A stretch of DNA of 64,000 nucleotides from Convolutriloba macropyga. Its lineage: Eukaryota. The position numbers and the translations under genes were made by a program. The stretch is from NCBI RefSeq assembly GCF_964194025.1, contig NC_134469.1:66960001-67024000 (forward strand), given 5' to 3'. Below, piece by piece: positions 50,065 through 63,306 of the stretch (its first letter is position 1; the number at the start of each line of letters is the position of its first letter). The notes below the pieces were generated by a model, which saw only the letters and a list, made by a program, of their open reading frames with translations, made no database searches and was not told where the DNA came from.

Positions 50065-50758
50065 TACGTTTTGCTAGCTAACTAGTGATGGTTGTGGAAC
50101 CACCCCCCCCCCCCCCGCCCCTCCAAGAGGTGGGGCTGAACGTTACAAGTTGTATGCCTTCTTGTAAGATAGAAAAAATCCGCATTTATACTCTTGTTGC
50201 TAAATTAGTCAGTTCGAGCATTCTCTCATGCTATGAAAACTTGCTGACGTCATATTTGTTTTGACTTAATAGTGGCAAATAGTTAAATCAAGCTTCAATA
50301 GTAGTTAAAATTCCTCAAATTTAGAAGCCAACAAAACTCTGGTACATCAAGCATTAAGTTTTAGAGGTGTATACTCCTTAATTGATTCATTTTTGTGATG
50401 TTACGCTTTTGCTAATCTTTATGGCACATGCGTTTTCTTGTTTTCTTCCAAGTCTTGTTTTCTTTCATTAAAATGTGTTGTTTTCAGAAACTTGAAATGG
50501 AGGAGACGAATAGTTGCTGCATGAGAAGTCTTTTTCATAAAGCTGCAAAATATTTCAAAAGTAGCTCAGAACATTTTATTTGCGAATCCATATTTCTGCT
50601 TCAGATCAAAATGAGCTTAACAAGCAAACAGAACTTTAAATCTTTAAGTTGGCATTGTTAATTTGTATTTTTTGAAAGAGCAGCTTTATGATACAGACTG
50701 TCAGCAGGTAGAGTACATTCAGCTGAGCAGTGATTGAGCTGAGTGATTGTTGGGAGAA

Positions 50759-50854
50759 ATGATGCACCCTGTGCTGAAAGAGGCGCTTTTCGCCAATTGG
50801 GAGACCATTGTGTCCAATATGCCTTTCGACCTCATTCTAAATAAGTTCAACTGG
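50759..50854 (+). CDS. CARD-domain protein, coding exon 1 (N-terminal part of the CARD); joins 63015..63306, gene continues beyond the window
   Basis: MMHPVLKEALFANWETIVSNMPFDLILNKFNW with a perfect donor TGG|GTAAGT (phase 0), in frame with the acceptor at 63015. Not in the ORF track. Confidence 0.7.
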
Positions 50855-51249
50855 GTAAGTACTATACTTTGATATTAAAGCTGAGTGCTTATTCATTTGA
50901 TTGATATTTTAGCTTTCAAATGCGGAATTTATATTTAAACAATGAATTTTTTCACGATAATTATTCTAAGTTCTCGTGGCGCTTAGTTGCTCTCGTAAGA
51001 TGTATGCGCCCAAAGCTTGGGTCCTGCTAAGACAAACTTGAATCTTAGTCGCATGACCGGTCGTTGCTTAGCAGAACTCAGGTTAAGAAAGGCAACTGCA
51101 CAGGGCAGAAAGCTAATTGAACAAGTTTAGCCGCCGCGAAATGTTGGATCCTGAATATTCGCTTACCCTCGATTCGTAAATGGGGTTATTTTATCCGATG
51201 TATTTTAATTGTTTTTCAAATGAATTCCTCCATACATTTTTTATTCTTT

Positions 51250-52332
51250 TTAATAGTCGCGAAGCGATAGCGGCTATTATTGGGTACATCGTGAATTTGA
51301 ATTGTATTGGGGGGCTCTCTTTTTATGATGGTTTCACACATTTTTAAATGACTTTGATCTTTCAAAACGGGATAAACAGGTAAATCCCAGCGGGCATTAA
51401 GTTTCGTTAGAGGCCCAAAGTGGGCATTAGTATCCTTTCAAGTGCTTAGAGTGGTGCAGCTGCTGGTATGGCCTTAATTTAAGGTTAAAATGTCATTTTT
51501 AGGAGTTTTTAGCTCAAATTGTTGCAATTTTTCACGTTTTTTTTTCGTTTATTTTTAGTTTTTGATTTTTAATTTTTTGTTTGATTAGTCTTAGGTTGAA
51601 CTTTTCGAAAGTTGATGAGGGTCTTTTGCCAGACCAAAAATTACTTGAAATCTTCAGGGGCTAATGCGTATTTTTCAGGTCTGGCAGGTTTGGTTTTGAA
51701 CATATTTTTGTATTAGGTATATTTAGAGGGATCAAATTTTGCCTGTTCGTTTGATTGTTTAGGGTTCCCAAATTTTGAGATGTTTGCTTTTCGGCTGTAG
51801 ATGTTTGCTTTGCTTTTTGTTCAATAGAATTGCTTGTCAGGTAGTGTACTTCAAAGTTTTTCATTTTCTTCTTTGGATTGTTTTTCCGGACTTGTACTGC
51901 TATGTTTTCTAGTTCGTCTGTCGTCTCCATCAATGATTTTTACGACCTGATCTCTTGGAATTGACTTTTGGTGACTTCTACTGCTTTGCAGTTATAATTT
52001 GTTTGCGTGACGACATTTGTTCTACTTTTAGGTCAATTGTGTGACTTGACTCACTCAAAAAATGACTTCTGAATTTAATGAACTTCGAGTTTTATGAACA
52101 TTTACTAGTTAAATGTCAATAGTGTGCACATAAGTGGTGCCAAAGGTATATGCCCTAAATCTTGAGTATTGGAGTCTTGAGTTTTTGATTTTGAATTTTA
52201 ATTTTGATAAAGCTCCATCAGAGAGTTTTCCTTTTTGAGCGCATGTATATCTTATTTCTTTAGATTTTTCAATTAAATGGAAGGACACAAGCGTTTATCG
52301 CGGCTGTTTTCCGGTAATCTGACGGCTATGTT
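51250..52332 (+). mobile_element. HINE family A element with nested family D element (about 51290-51908)
   Basis: 5' taatagtcgcgaagcgatagcggctatt is nearly identical to 31028. D-type tttgaattgtattgggg follows at once, and the D 3' end lies at about 51875-51907. A sequence then resumes (ttcgtctgtcgtctccatc) up to gcggctgttttccggtaatctgacggctatgtt. Confidence 0.7.
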
Positions 52333-55300
52333 CTGTAAAATGAGGACATTTGTGGTTTTGAGGTCAATGAGGCCAGTTGATAGAGTTAAATTCCATCTTA
52401 AAATATTATAGGTAACAACCTAATTGTCGTTATGCTATAAATCAAGTGGAATTTTTAAATAGATGATAGTGATTGCGAGAATTATAATGATATTATTGGT
52501 CTTGCCGGCATTCTTTACAATCCAATGAACTGAAATTAGTTTTGCGTTGTATTATTCTTTTTAAAAAAATGATTAGATTGTTCAGAGAGATCTAATCAAA
52601 AAAGGAAAGTGGTCAAAAAAGTTCTTAGAATTTTTTTGTTTTAAGATAAAATGCAGTTGGCGATTTGTCTCAACCAACTGTTTTGGCTACATTTTCTGCT
52701 AACTTTTTAAACACTCAGCATTTTAAAAATGAAAAATGGCATCAAATATGCCTATTTAGGCCCCTTTGTCCAGTTTTACCGGTAGTGCAGACATGTTAAC
52801 TGCCTTCATATTCTTTAAATTTTAAACCTCCGTAACTCCTGGGAAAAAGCGAAAAAATTTCTTATCCTCAGTTTTGGGCTTATTGTACCTCGATTCCTCA
52901 CAGTTTTCCGGAATTAATCAAAAATGCACAATTTTCTTTGGTATTATGATTTTCGTTTGCCAAAAATACATTTACTCAATGTTTTAGAACTTCGTTTTTA
53001 ACAGCCGCGCAGGGATAGGAAGGCCAGTTTTGGTCTCACCGTTGACTTCTGCAATAAAAATATTTTTGTATCTTTTTCATCTAAATTACAGGCTAGCTTG
53101 TTTTCAGTTAGTGTAGTTAACAACAAGTCCAGTTTATTTTGAAATAACGTCTAACGAATCGGTATTGTGATTTTTGAGTAAAGCTCATGGTTTTTAAGGC
53201 TCAGACAAATATTTTGTAATTTAAGTAAATTTTGATTTTTTGGCAGAATTTGATGTTCTTCTTGTCTTATGACTAGTCCAATTAATCAATTATCTAGTTC
53301 GATAGAGCAATTAATCGAAAGAGCAGATTAATCAATTATCTAGTTCGAGGGAGCCATTAATGAAACTAACACTCTCAGTGGTGATAAATATCTTTTTAAT
53401 TATATAAATCGACAAGTATCCAAAATTAAAGATTTATGAAATTTTGACCTTTTGGTCAAATTAGCTCAATATGGAGGGAGCAATTAATGAAACTAGTTCG
53501 ATATGGAGGGAGCAATTAATGAAACTAACGCTCTCAGTGATGATAAATATCTTTTTAATTATATAAATCAACAAGTATCCAAAATTAGATTTATGAAATT
53601 TTGACCTTTTGGTCAAATTAGCTATTTCGTTAAAATTTTGAACATTTTTTTTTTGTTTTAATGAAGAAGCAGAAGGCGCAAAATTATTTTTGGTCTGGCT
53701 GAGGATTTTTTTAAAAAATATTAGGATTGTAATGGCGCGCTGTATATCCTTTTCGAAGTACTTTTTACGGTTTTTTTTGTGTTCTTGTTATTTACAGAAC
53801 AGAATTATTTCGAAACTTTTATTGACAAGTCAAGTATACCTTCCAATAAAGGCCAATGAACAAAAATGATAGTTTCAGCTGAAAGCATATGATTTTTTAG
53901 CTCCAACACCGCTTGTGTAAAATTGTTTGTGAAAATTCTGCATGAATTCTTTGTTAATTTTTAGTCTTTTTAACATTATTATATAACATAGTTGCTTGGA
54001 GCAATGGAATGGTTTTCAACTTTTTAAAAGAACGAAGTTTAATTTTCAGAGATAGTGAAATTTTTTCTAAAATTTTTTGGCTTTTACCTAGGTTAACGAT
54101 CTTTATGAGCCAATGAATTTTTTAAGGCTTGGAGTTGAGATACTGAATATCCTCTGGAGACATGGAAATTGTTCCGAAGATATTATTTTTTATAAGTTTT
54201 AGCAACATTTCTTTAAATTTTGCAGATGATTTCGTTTTTTTTTTGAACTTTCGTTGTTTTCTGAGTTAAGCGATCTTCAAGGGATAATGAATATTTTTCA
54301 GGTCTTGCTGGTCTGGTTTTGAACATTTTTTGCTTTAGGTATAATTAGAGGGAGCAAATTTTGCCTGTTTATTTGATTGTTTTAGTTTCCCAAATTTTGT
54401 ATTTTTGTGTTTTGGCTGGCATTGTTCAATAGATCTGCTGGTCAGGTAGTGTACTTCTCTAATTTTTCATTTTGTTATTTGGATTGTATTTGCGGACTTG
54501 TAATGCTATGTTTTCTAGTTCGTCGGTCGTCTCCATTGATGTTTCTTGCAAACTGACTTCTTGGAATTTACTTCTGGTGTCTTCTTCGGCGTTGCAGTTA
54601 ATATTTGTGTGCGTGACGACATTTGTTCCACTTTTAGGTCAATTGTGTGACTTGCCTCACTCAAAAAATGACTTTTTAACTCGCTTAATGAACTTCAAAA
54701 TTTTTATGAACAGTTACTTTTTAAGTGTCAATGGCATGCATCCAAGTAATGCCAAACGTATATACCCTAATTCTTGAGTATTGGAGTCTCGAGTTTTTGA
54801 TTTTGAATATTAATATTGATAAGGCTCCATCAGGGCGTCATCTTTTTGAGCGTATGGGGCTCATAAAATTGACAGGCCGAATCTAAGCCAAAAGTCTAGT
54901 GGTCTACTAGAGGAATGGTGGTCAATCTGTCTATCTTATTTCTTTCCATGGAAGGCCACAAGATTCTAGCGCGGCTATTTTCTGGTAAGCTGCCGGCTAT
55001 GTTCCGAAAATTGCGGACATTTGTGATTTCGAGGTCAATGAGGCCAATTGGAGGAGTTAAACTCCATCTTAAAGTATTCTAAGTAACAACCGAATTGTTA
55101 TGCTACAAATCAAGGCGTTCTTTACAATCCAATGAACTGAAATTAAATTTGTGTTGTTTTGTACTTTTTAAATTAATTGGTCAGATTGTTCAGAGAGATC
55201 GAATCGAAAATTGAAAAAGGTAAAAACTGTTGTTAAGGTTTTTCGTTTTAAGATAAAATGAAGTTTTAAGATAAAACTGTTTTGGCTGATTTTGCTGCTA

Positions 55301-58300
55301 ACTTTTTCAACACTCGGCTTTTTTTCAAATAAAAAATGGCATCAAATCTGCCTATTTAGGCGAGTTTGTCCAGTTTGACCGGTAGTGCAGACATGTTAAC
55401 TGCTTACACATTCTTTTAATTTCAAACCTCCGTAAATCCTGGGAAAAAGCGAAAAAATTCTTTCTCAGGTTTGGGCTTATTGTACCTCGATTCCTCAGAA
55501 AGTCCAAAAGCCAAAAAGCAAGCCAAAGCTCATGGTTTTTAAGGCTCCGACAATTTTTTTGTATTTTAATTAAATTTTGATTTTTTGGCAGCATTTGATG
55601 TTGTTCTTGTCTTATGACTCAGTCGAAATTAATCAAATATCTAGTTCGGTATCGAGGGAGCAATTAATGAAACTAACACTCTCAGTGATGATAAATATCT
55701 TTTCAATTATGTAAATCGACAAGTATCCCAAATTAAAGATTTATGAAATTTTGATCTTCTGGTCCAATTGGCTATTTCGGTAAAATTTTGAACATTTTTT
55801 TGTTTTAATGAAGAAGCAGAAGGCGCTAAATTATTTTTGGTCTGGCTGAGGATTTTCAAAATATTAGGATTGTAATGGCGCGCTGTATATCTTTTTCGAA
55901 GTACTAATTTTTCATTTTGTTCTTTGGATTGTATTTGCGGACTTGTAATGCTATGTTTTCTAGTTCGTCGGTCGTCTCCATTGATGTTTCTTGCAAACTG
56001 ACTTCTTGGAATTTACTTCTGGTGTCTTCTCCGGCGTTGCAGTTAAAATTTCTTTGCGTGACGACATTTGTTCTACTTTTAGGTCAATTGTGTGACTTGA
56101 CTCACTCAAAAAATGACTTCTGAATTTAATGAACTTCGAGTTTTATGAACATTTACTAGTTAAATGTCAATAGTGTGCACATAAGTAGTGCCAAAGGTAT
56201 ATGCCCTAAATCTTGAGTATTGGAGTCTTGAGTTTTTGATTTTGAATATTAATTTTGATAAAGCTCCATCAGAGAGTTTTCCTTTTTGAGCGCATGTATA
56301 TCTTATTTCTTTAGATTTTTCAATTAAATGGAAGGACACAAGCGTTTATCGCGGCTGTTTTCAGGTAATCTGACGGCTATGTTCTGTAAAATGAGGACAT
56401 TTGTGGTTTTGAGGTCAATGAGGCCAGTTGGTAGAGTTAAATTCCATCTTAAAATATTATAGGTAACAACCTAATTGTCGTTATGCTATAAATCAAGCGG
56501 AATTTTTAAATAGATGATAGTGATTGCGAGAATTATAATGATATTATTGGTCTTGCCGGCATTCTTTACAATCCAATGAACTGAAATTAGTTTTGCGTTG
56601 TATTATTCTTTTTTAAAAAAATGGTTAGATTGTTCAGCGAGATCTAATCAAAAAAGGAAAGTGGTCAAAAAAGTTCTTAGAATTTTTTGTTTTAAGATAA
56701 AATGCAGTTGGCGATTTGTCTCAACCAACTGTTTTGGCTACATTTTCTGCTAACTTTTTAAACACTCAGCATTTTAAAAATGAAAAATGGCATCAAATAT
56801 GCCTATTTAGGCCCCTTTGTCCAGTTTTACCGGTAGTGCAGACATGTTAACTGCCTTCATATTCTTTAAATTTTAAACCTCCGTAACTCCTGGGAAAAAG
56901 CGAAAAAATTCTTATCCTCAGCTTTGGGCTTATTGTACCTCGATTCCTCACAGTTTTCCGGAATTAATCAAAAATGCACATTTTTCTTTGGTATTATGAT
57001 TTTCGTTTGCCAAAAATACATTTACTAAATGTTTTAGAACTTCGTTTTTAACAGCCGCGCAGGGATAGGAAGGCCAGTTTTGGTCTCACCGTTGACTTTT
57101 GCAATAAAACTATTTTTGTATCTTTTTCATCTAAATTACAGGCTAGCTTGTTTTCAGTTAGTGTAGTTAACAACAAGTCCAGTTTATTTTGAAATAACGT
57201 CTAACGAATCAGTATTGTGGTTTTTGAGTAAAGCTCATGGTTTTTAAGGCTCAGACAAATATTTTGTAATTTAAGTAAATTTTGATTTTTTGGCAGAATT
57301 TGATGTTCTTCTTGTCTTATGACTCAGTCCAATTAATTAATTATCTAGCTCGATAGAGCAATTAATCGAAAGAGCAGATTAATCAATTATCTAGTTCGAG
57401 GGAGCCATTAATGAAACTAACACTCTCAGTGATGATAAATATCTTTTTAATTATATAAATCGACAAGTATCCAAAATTAAAGATTTATGAAATTTCGACC
57501 TTTGGTCAAATTAGCTCGATATGGAGGGAGCAATTAATGAAACTAGTTCGATATGGAGGGAGCAATTAATGAAACTAACACTCTCAGTGATGATAAATAT
57601 CTTTTTAATTATATAAATCAACAAGTATCCAAAATTAAAGATTTATGAAATTTTGACCTTCTGGTCAAATTAGCTATTTCGTTAAAATTTTGAACATTTT
57701 TTTGTTTTAATGAAGAAGCAGAAGGCGCAAAATTATTTTTGGTCTGGCCGAGGATTTTTTTAAAAATATTAGGATTGTAATGGCGCGCTGTATATCCTTT
57801 TCGAAGTACTTTTTACGGATTTTTTTGTTTTCTTGTTATTTACAGAACAGAATTATTTCGAAACTTTTATTGACAAGTCAAGTATACCTTCCAATAAAGG
57901 CCAATGAACAAAAATGATAGTTTCAGCTGAAAGCATATAATTTTTTAGCTCCAACACCGCTTGTGTAAAATTGCTTGTGAAAATTCTGCATGAATTCTTT
58001 GTTAATTTTTAGTCTTTTTAACATTATTATATAACATAGTTGGTTGGAGCAATGGAATGGTTTTCAACTTTTTAATAGAACGAAGTTTAATTTTCAGAGA
58101 TAGTGAAATTTTTTCTAAAAATTTTTGGCTTTTGCCTAGGTTAACGATCTTTATGAGCCAAAGAATTTTTTAAGGCTTGGAGTTGAGATACTGAATATCC
58201 TCTGGAGACATGGAAATTGTTCCGAAGATATTATTTTTTATAAGTTTTAGCAACATTTCTTTAAAGTTTGCAATTGATTTCGTTTTTTTGAACTTTCGTC

Positions 58301-60200
58301 GTTTTCTGAGTTAAGCGATCTTCAAGGGATAACGAATATTTTTCAGGTCTTGCTGGTCTGGTTTTGAACATTTTTTGCTTTAGGTATAATTAGAGGGAGC
58401 AAATTTTGCCTGTTTATTTGATTGTTTTAGTTTCCCAAATTTTGTATTTTTGTGTTTTGGCTGGCATTGTTCAATAGATCTGCTGGTCAGGTAGTGTACT
58501 TCTCTAATTTTTCATTTTGTTCTTTGGATTGTATTTGCGGACTTGTAATGCTATGTTTTCTAGTTCGTCGGTCGTCTCCATTGATGTTTCTTGCAAACTG
58601 ACTTCTTGGAATTTACTTCTGGTGTCTTTTCATGCGTCGCAGTTAAAATTTGTGTGCGTGACGACATTTGTTCCACTTTTAGGTCAATTGTGTGACTTGC
58701 CTCACTCAAAAAATGACTTTTTAACTCGCTTAATGAACTTCAAAATTTTTATGAACAGTTACTTTTTAAGTGTCAATGGCATGCATCCAAGTAATGCCAA
58801 ACGTATATACCCTAATTCTTGAGTATTGGAGTCTCGAGTTTTTGATTTTGAATATTAATATTGATAAGGCTCCATCAGGGCGTCATCTTTTTGAGCGTAT
58901 GGGGCTCATAAAATTGACAGGCCGAATCTAAGCCAAAAGTCTAGTGGTCTACTAGAGGAATGGTGGTCAATCTGTCTATCTTATTTCTTTCCATGGAAGG
59001 CCACAAGATTCTAGCGCGGCTATTTTCTGGTAAGCTGCCGGCTATGTTCCGAAAATTGCGGACATTTGTGATTTCGAGGTCAATGAGGCCAATTGGAGGA
59101 GTTAAACTCCATCTTAAAGTATTGTAAGTAACAACCGAATTGTTATGCTACAAATCAAGGCGTTCTTTACAATCCAATGAACTGAAATTAAATTTGTGTT
59201 GTTTTGTACTTTTTAAATTAATTGGTCAGATTGTTCAGAGAGATCGAATCGAAAATTGAAAAAGGTAAAAACTGTTGTTAAGGTTTTTCGTTTTAAGATA
59301 AAATGAAGTTTTAAGATAAAACTGTTTTGGCTGATTTTGCTGCTAACTTTTTCAACACTCGGCTTTTTTTCAAATAAAAAATGGCATCAAATCTGCCTAT
59401 TTAGGCGAGTTTGTCCAGTTTGACCGGTAGTGCAGACATGTTAACTGCTTACACATTCTTTTAATTTCAAACCTCCGTAAATCCTGGGAAAAAGCGAAAA
59501 AATTCTTTCTCAGGTTTGGGCTTATTGTACCTCGATTCCTCAGAAAGTCCAAAAGCCAAAAAGCAAGCCAAAGCTCATGGTTTTTAAGGCTCCGACAATT
59601 TTTTTTGTATTTTAATTAAATTTTGATTTTTTGGCAGCATTTGATGTTCTTCTTGTCTTATGACTCAGTCGAAATTAATCAAATATCTAGTTCGGTATCG
59701 AGGGAGCAATTATTGAAACTAACACTCTCAGTGATGATAAATATCTTTTCAATTATATAAATCGACAAGTATCCAAAATTAAAGATTTATGAAATTTTGA
59801 TCTTCTGGTCCAATTGGCTATTTCGGTAAAATTTTGAACATTTTTTTGTTTTAATGAAGAAGCAGAAGGCGCTAAATTATTTTTGGTCTGGCTGAGGATT
59901 TTTTTCAAAATATTAGGATTGTAATGGCGCGCTGTATATCTTTTTCGAAGTTTTTTTACTTATGGGTTTTTTGATGTTTTCTTGTTATTTACAGAACAGA
60001 ATTTTTCGAAACTTTTATTGACAAGTCATGTATACCTTCAAATTAAGGCCAATCGACAAAAATGATATTTTCAGCCGACGCATATGATTTTTTAGCTTCA
60101 ACACCGTTTGCGTAAAATTGTTTGTTAAATTTCTGCTTGTATTCGTTGTTGATTTTTAGTCTATTGACTAAATTTTATTAATGGCATATCCAATCGGCTT
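51670..60200. repeat. Tandem array: two near-identical copies of about 4.05 kb (about 51990-55903 and 56040-59950), each made of two older diverged sub-units
   Basis: Identical blocks are offset by about 4045 bp (e.g. 54472 vs 58517). A HINE-A 3' end recurs at about 52300, 54970, 56350 and 59015. A more diverged partial unit follows at about 60420-61900. Confidence 0.92.
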
Positions 60201-62738
60201 CCTAAGCAATAAAAGAAATCTATTTATTATTGGAAAGCTCAAAATTGCTATGTCGTACGGTTTTTAGAAAATAGGTTAGAAAAAATCAATGGTGTTTTTA
60301 GATTCGCCGCTTTCAATCTTGTTTCTACCATCTTTTAGCGTGGTGTTAGCAAACAGAGTGGCATTAAATTTCGTTCAATTTTCACTAAATCTGTTCAAAT
60401 TGTTCACGATTGTCCGATTGCTTTTAGGTTTTAAGATAAAGGGATTTGGCGAAGTGTCTAAATCAACTGTTTTAGCTAAATTTTAAGCTTATTTTTTTTT
60501 TAAAAAAAACTCGGCGTTTTTCATTACGAATGGAATCCAATATGCCTATTTTGCTAATGCAAACACTTGAACTGCTTACACAATCTCGGTTTTGGGCTTA
60601 TCTCAGATTTGGGCTTATTTTACCTCCGGGTCCTCAAAAGTTTTCCGGAAATGACATTTTTGCGGTCTTTCTCTAATTTAACAAATATTAACAAAAAGTG
60701 CATAATTTACATTTGACTTATGTTTTTGAGTTGCCGAAAAAAATTACGCATTGTTTTAGATCAATTGCTGACAGCGGTGCAGTGATTACGAGGCCAGTTT
60801 TGGTCTCATCGTTGATTTCTGCAAAGAAATTTTTTTGAAACTTTTTCCCAATTACAGACAAGACTGTTTTCATTTGAAAGGGTAGTTAGCAACAGGTTTC
60901 ATTTGTTTTGAAATAAGATCTAACAATTAAATATTGAATTTTGTGTTTTTTGAGTAAATCTCATGGTTTTTATGGCTCCGATGTATTTTGGTAAATTTTA
61001 AATGGCCTTTTGATTTTTCGGCAGTATTTGATGTTCTTTTTGTGGCCGCATGAATAAAAGCATTTATTTAATTATTAAATGGATTAGACGGGAAATAATG
61101 GTTTGAGACGTTGATACTGGGAGTGTTTGAAAAGTTTTCAGGTTTTGACAATTTCCTATTTTGACGTTTGCTTTTTGCTGTCTTGTCCGATCATCGCATT
61201 ATCGGCATGTTAATTACAAGTCGCATATCACATTTTTGGCGTTGAAAGAAGAAGGTGCAATCGATTACATCAACTATTTTATGTGAATCGATTAATGAAG
61301 CTATCTATAACTTTCAGTTCATAAATTTTGGTTTTTCAGAATTATAACGCGTTCCAAATTTCATATTTTGTTTTTGATGTATTGACATTTTCCTTTAATT
61401 AGCTATTTTGGTAGTATTTGGAATATTTTTGTTTAATGGCGAGGCAGCGATGGCAAAACCAGTTTTGGTCTGGTTGTGGAATTATCTATACAAAATATTA
61501 TGATGGTAATGGCGCGCTGTATTTTCTTTTTGAAGTACTTTTTACTTATGACTTTTTGAGGTTTTTATGTTATATACAGAACAGAATGATTTCAAATGAT
61601 TTATTGACAGGTAAAATATATCTTCCAATACAGGCCAATTATCATAAATGTTAATTTCAGCTGAAAGCATATTTTTTTTGGCTTTAACACCGTTTGCGTA
61701 AATTTGTCTGAAAGTTCTGCATGTATTGGTTGTTAATTTGTAGTGTAACGACTAAATCTCACTATTGACATGTCCAGTTGGCTTCCTATTCAGTAATAAT
61801 GTAATCTGCTTAAATTTTTTTTAACTGGAAGCTCAATGTTGCGATGTCTAACGATTTTTAAAAAATTCAAAAAAATTAATAGTTTTTTTGAGATCGGACA
61901 CTTTTTATCGTCTTTCTGCCACTTTTCAGCGTGATCTGAGAGAGAGAGGCCGCATCTTTTTTATAATCAATATGATTTTAGTCTGCATCCATTTCTATTA
62001 GTAGTATGCAACCATTTCTACTGGTTTTGGTCGCTGATTTTCAAATAAAGGTTTGATAATTTCTGGTTTTTGATGTTTGCTTTTGCTGTTTTGTCCGATT
62101 ATCACATTAACGAAATATTAATTATAATTTACATATCACGTTTTTGGCATTGAAGGAAGAATGCGCTTGTTTATAATATTTTTAAGTGAATTTCTGATTT
62201 TTTAGGCTTCCACGCCGTTTCCTCGCAAAATTGAATTAACTTTTTGATTTTTGCCTTTTATTTGTTCTTTTTTAGTCATGTGAAATTCTGGATAATGACA
62301 GGTCTCAATTGTTTTTTTACGAAATTATAAGTAAAGCCATGAAATTTTTTCAGTTGAATTCTAATGGCTTTGCTGTCTTTGAATTTAATTGTTTTCCAAA
62401 ATTGTAAACGTTTTTTCTAAGTTTGCCCTTTTTCTTTTCTGTCTAGTTGATAATTAGTTTCAATAAAGAGAAGTCACTTTTCTTTTCTGGTTTAGTTTGG
62501 TTTAGTTTTGTTCTTATCTGATGCTATTTGGACTTTTTCAAAGTTTAAATATGGACAGACAATGAGTCGTACGTGTTTGTTGTTTGTTTTTGTTGTGTCA
62601 TATCTCTTACTTTCGTTAATGGCAGGGATCATCAGCCCTGCAATGTATCATTGTTTAATTTGTTCAGTGGTTTGAGCCTAAATATATCTCTTCCTTTTCC
62701 CATCTCTTCCTCATTTGGCGGAGAAGTCAAAATTAGGC

Positions 62739-62908
62739 AATTGCTCTCACTCCGAACTAGTGAGGGCACAAGGGCCTTATAGCCGAGTTGTGATTGCTTC
62801 AGTGGAGGACTCCGTAGGTGACGGGTGCGAATGGCACCTTAGTCGGATGAGTTTGCACCCATACACAAAAATTTATCTAGGCTAGGCCGACGTTTGTCGG
62901 TTTATGTT
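62739..62908 (+). mobile_element. Short HINE-B subtype copy with tRNA-like segment
   Basis: Hairpin tgctctcact-ccgaact-agtgagggca; A-box-like TAGCCGAGTTG at 62780; B-box-like GGTGCGAAT at 62824. The block tttgcacccata...atttatctaggcta is shared with 27012-27045. 3' end is ccgacgtttgtcgg + tttatgtt. Confidence 0.6.
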
Positions 62909-63014
62909 TTATATTATTTTAATATTCAATAAAATTTTTAATTTTGATTTTTACACAAACGGGAAAGATACAAAAGTTATAATGATCGGGTCTCATTGTT
63001 TTGTTATTTTATAG

Positions 63015-63306
63015 GCATTCTCAACAGATGAGTACGAGTCTATCATTTTGGAATCAGGTGAGACATCCAGGCGTGAGCAGCTGTTGCTCATCTTGTCTCA
63101 GAAAGGTGATGCGCTATTCTACGAATTGATCAAGTACCTTCAGTTTAATGAAGCTCAACAACAGCTTCAGTCGCAGAAAGAAGAGCAAGGTAACAGTGGT
63201 GTTGATGGATCCTTTTCAAGTTACTGCACTGCGCGAGTGGCAGGACAGTCAGAAATCGTGCGCAGTCTAGTTGGACACATAGAGTACTCGTACGAGATAC
63301 AAGGAT
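63015..63306 (+). CDS. CARD-domain protein, coding exon 2 (rest of CARD + linker + start of next domain); partial gene
   Basis: Acceptor ttttatag|. AFSTDEYESI...SRREQLLLILSQKGDALFYELIKYLQ fits the CARD pattern (t.ee.e.I...r..LL..L..KG..af..f...L). Donor T|GTGAGT at 63307. Confidence 0.75.

Noticed and set aside
54472-58822. Three similar ORFs (54472, 55917, 58517) as a small gene family
   Set aside because: They start at TTG inside HINE-derived tandem repeat units within an intron, and the frame is not conserved in the other copies.
13875-59048. Recurrent short palindromes as CRISPR repeats or bacterial terminators/REP elements
   Set aside because: Eukaryotic spliced-gene context, irregular kb-scale spacing, no cas genes, and pairing with 5' subTIRs fits HINE termini.
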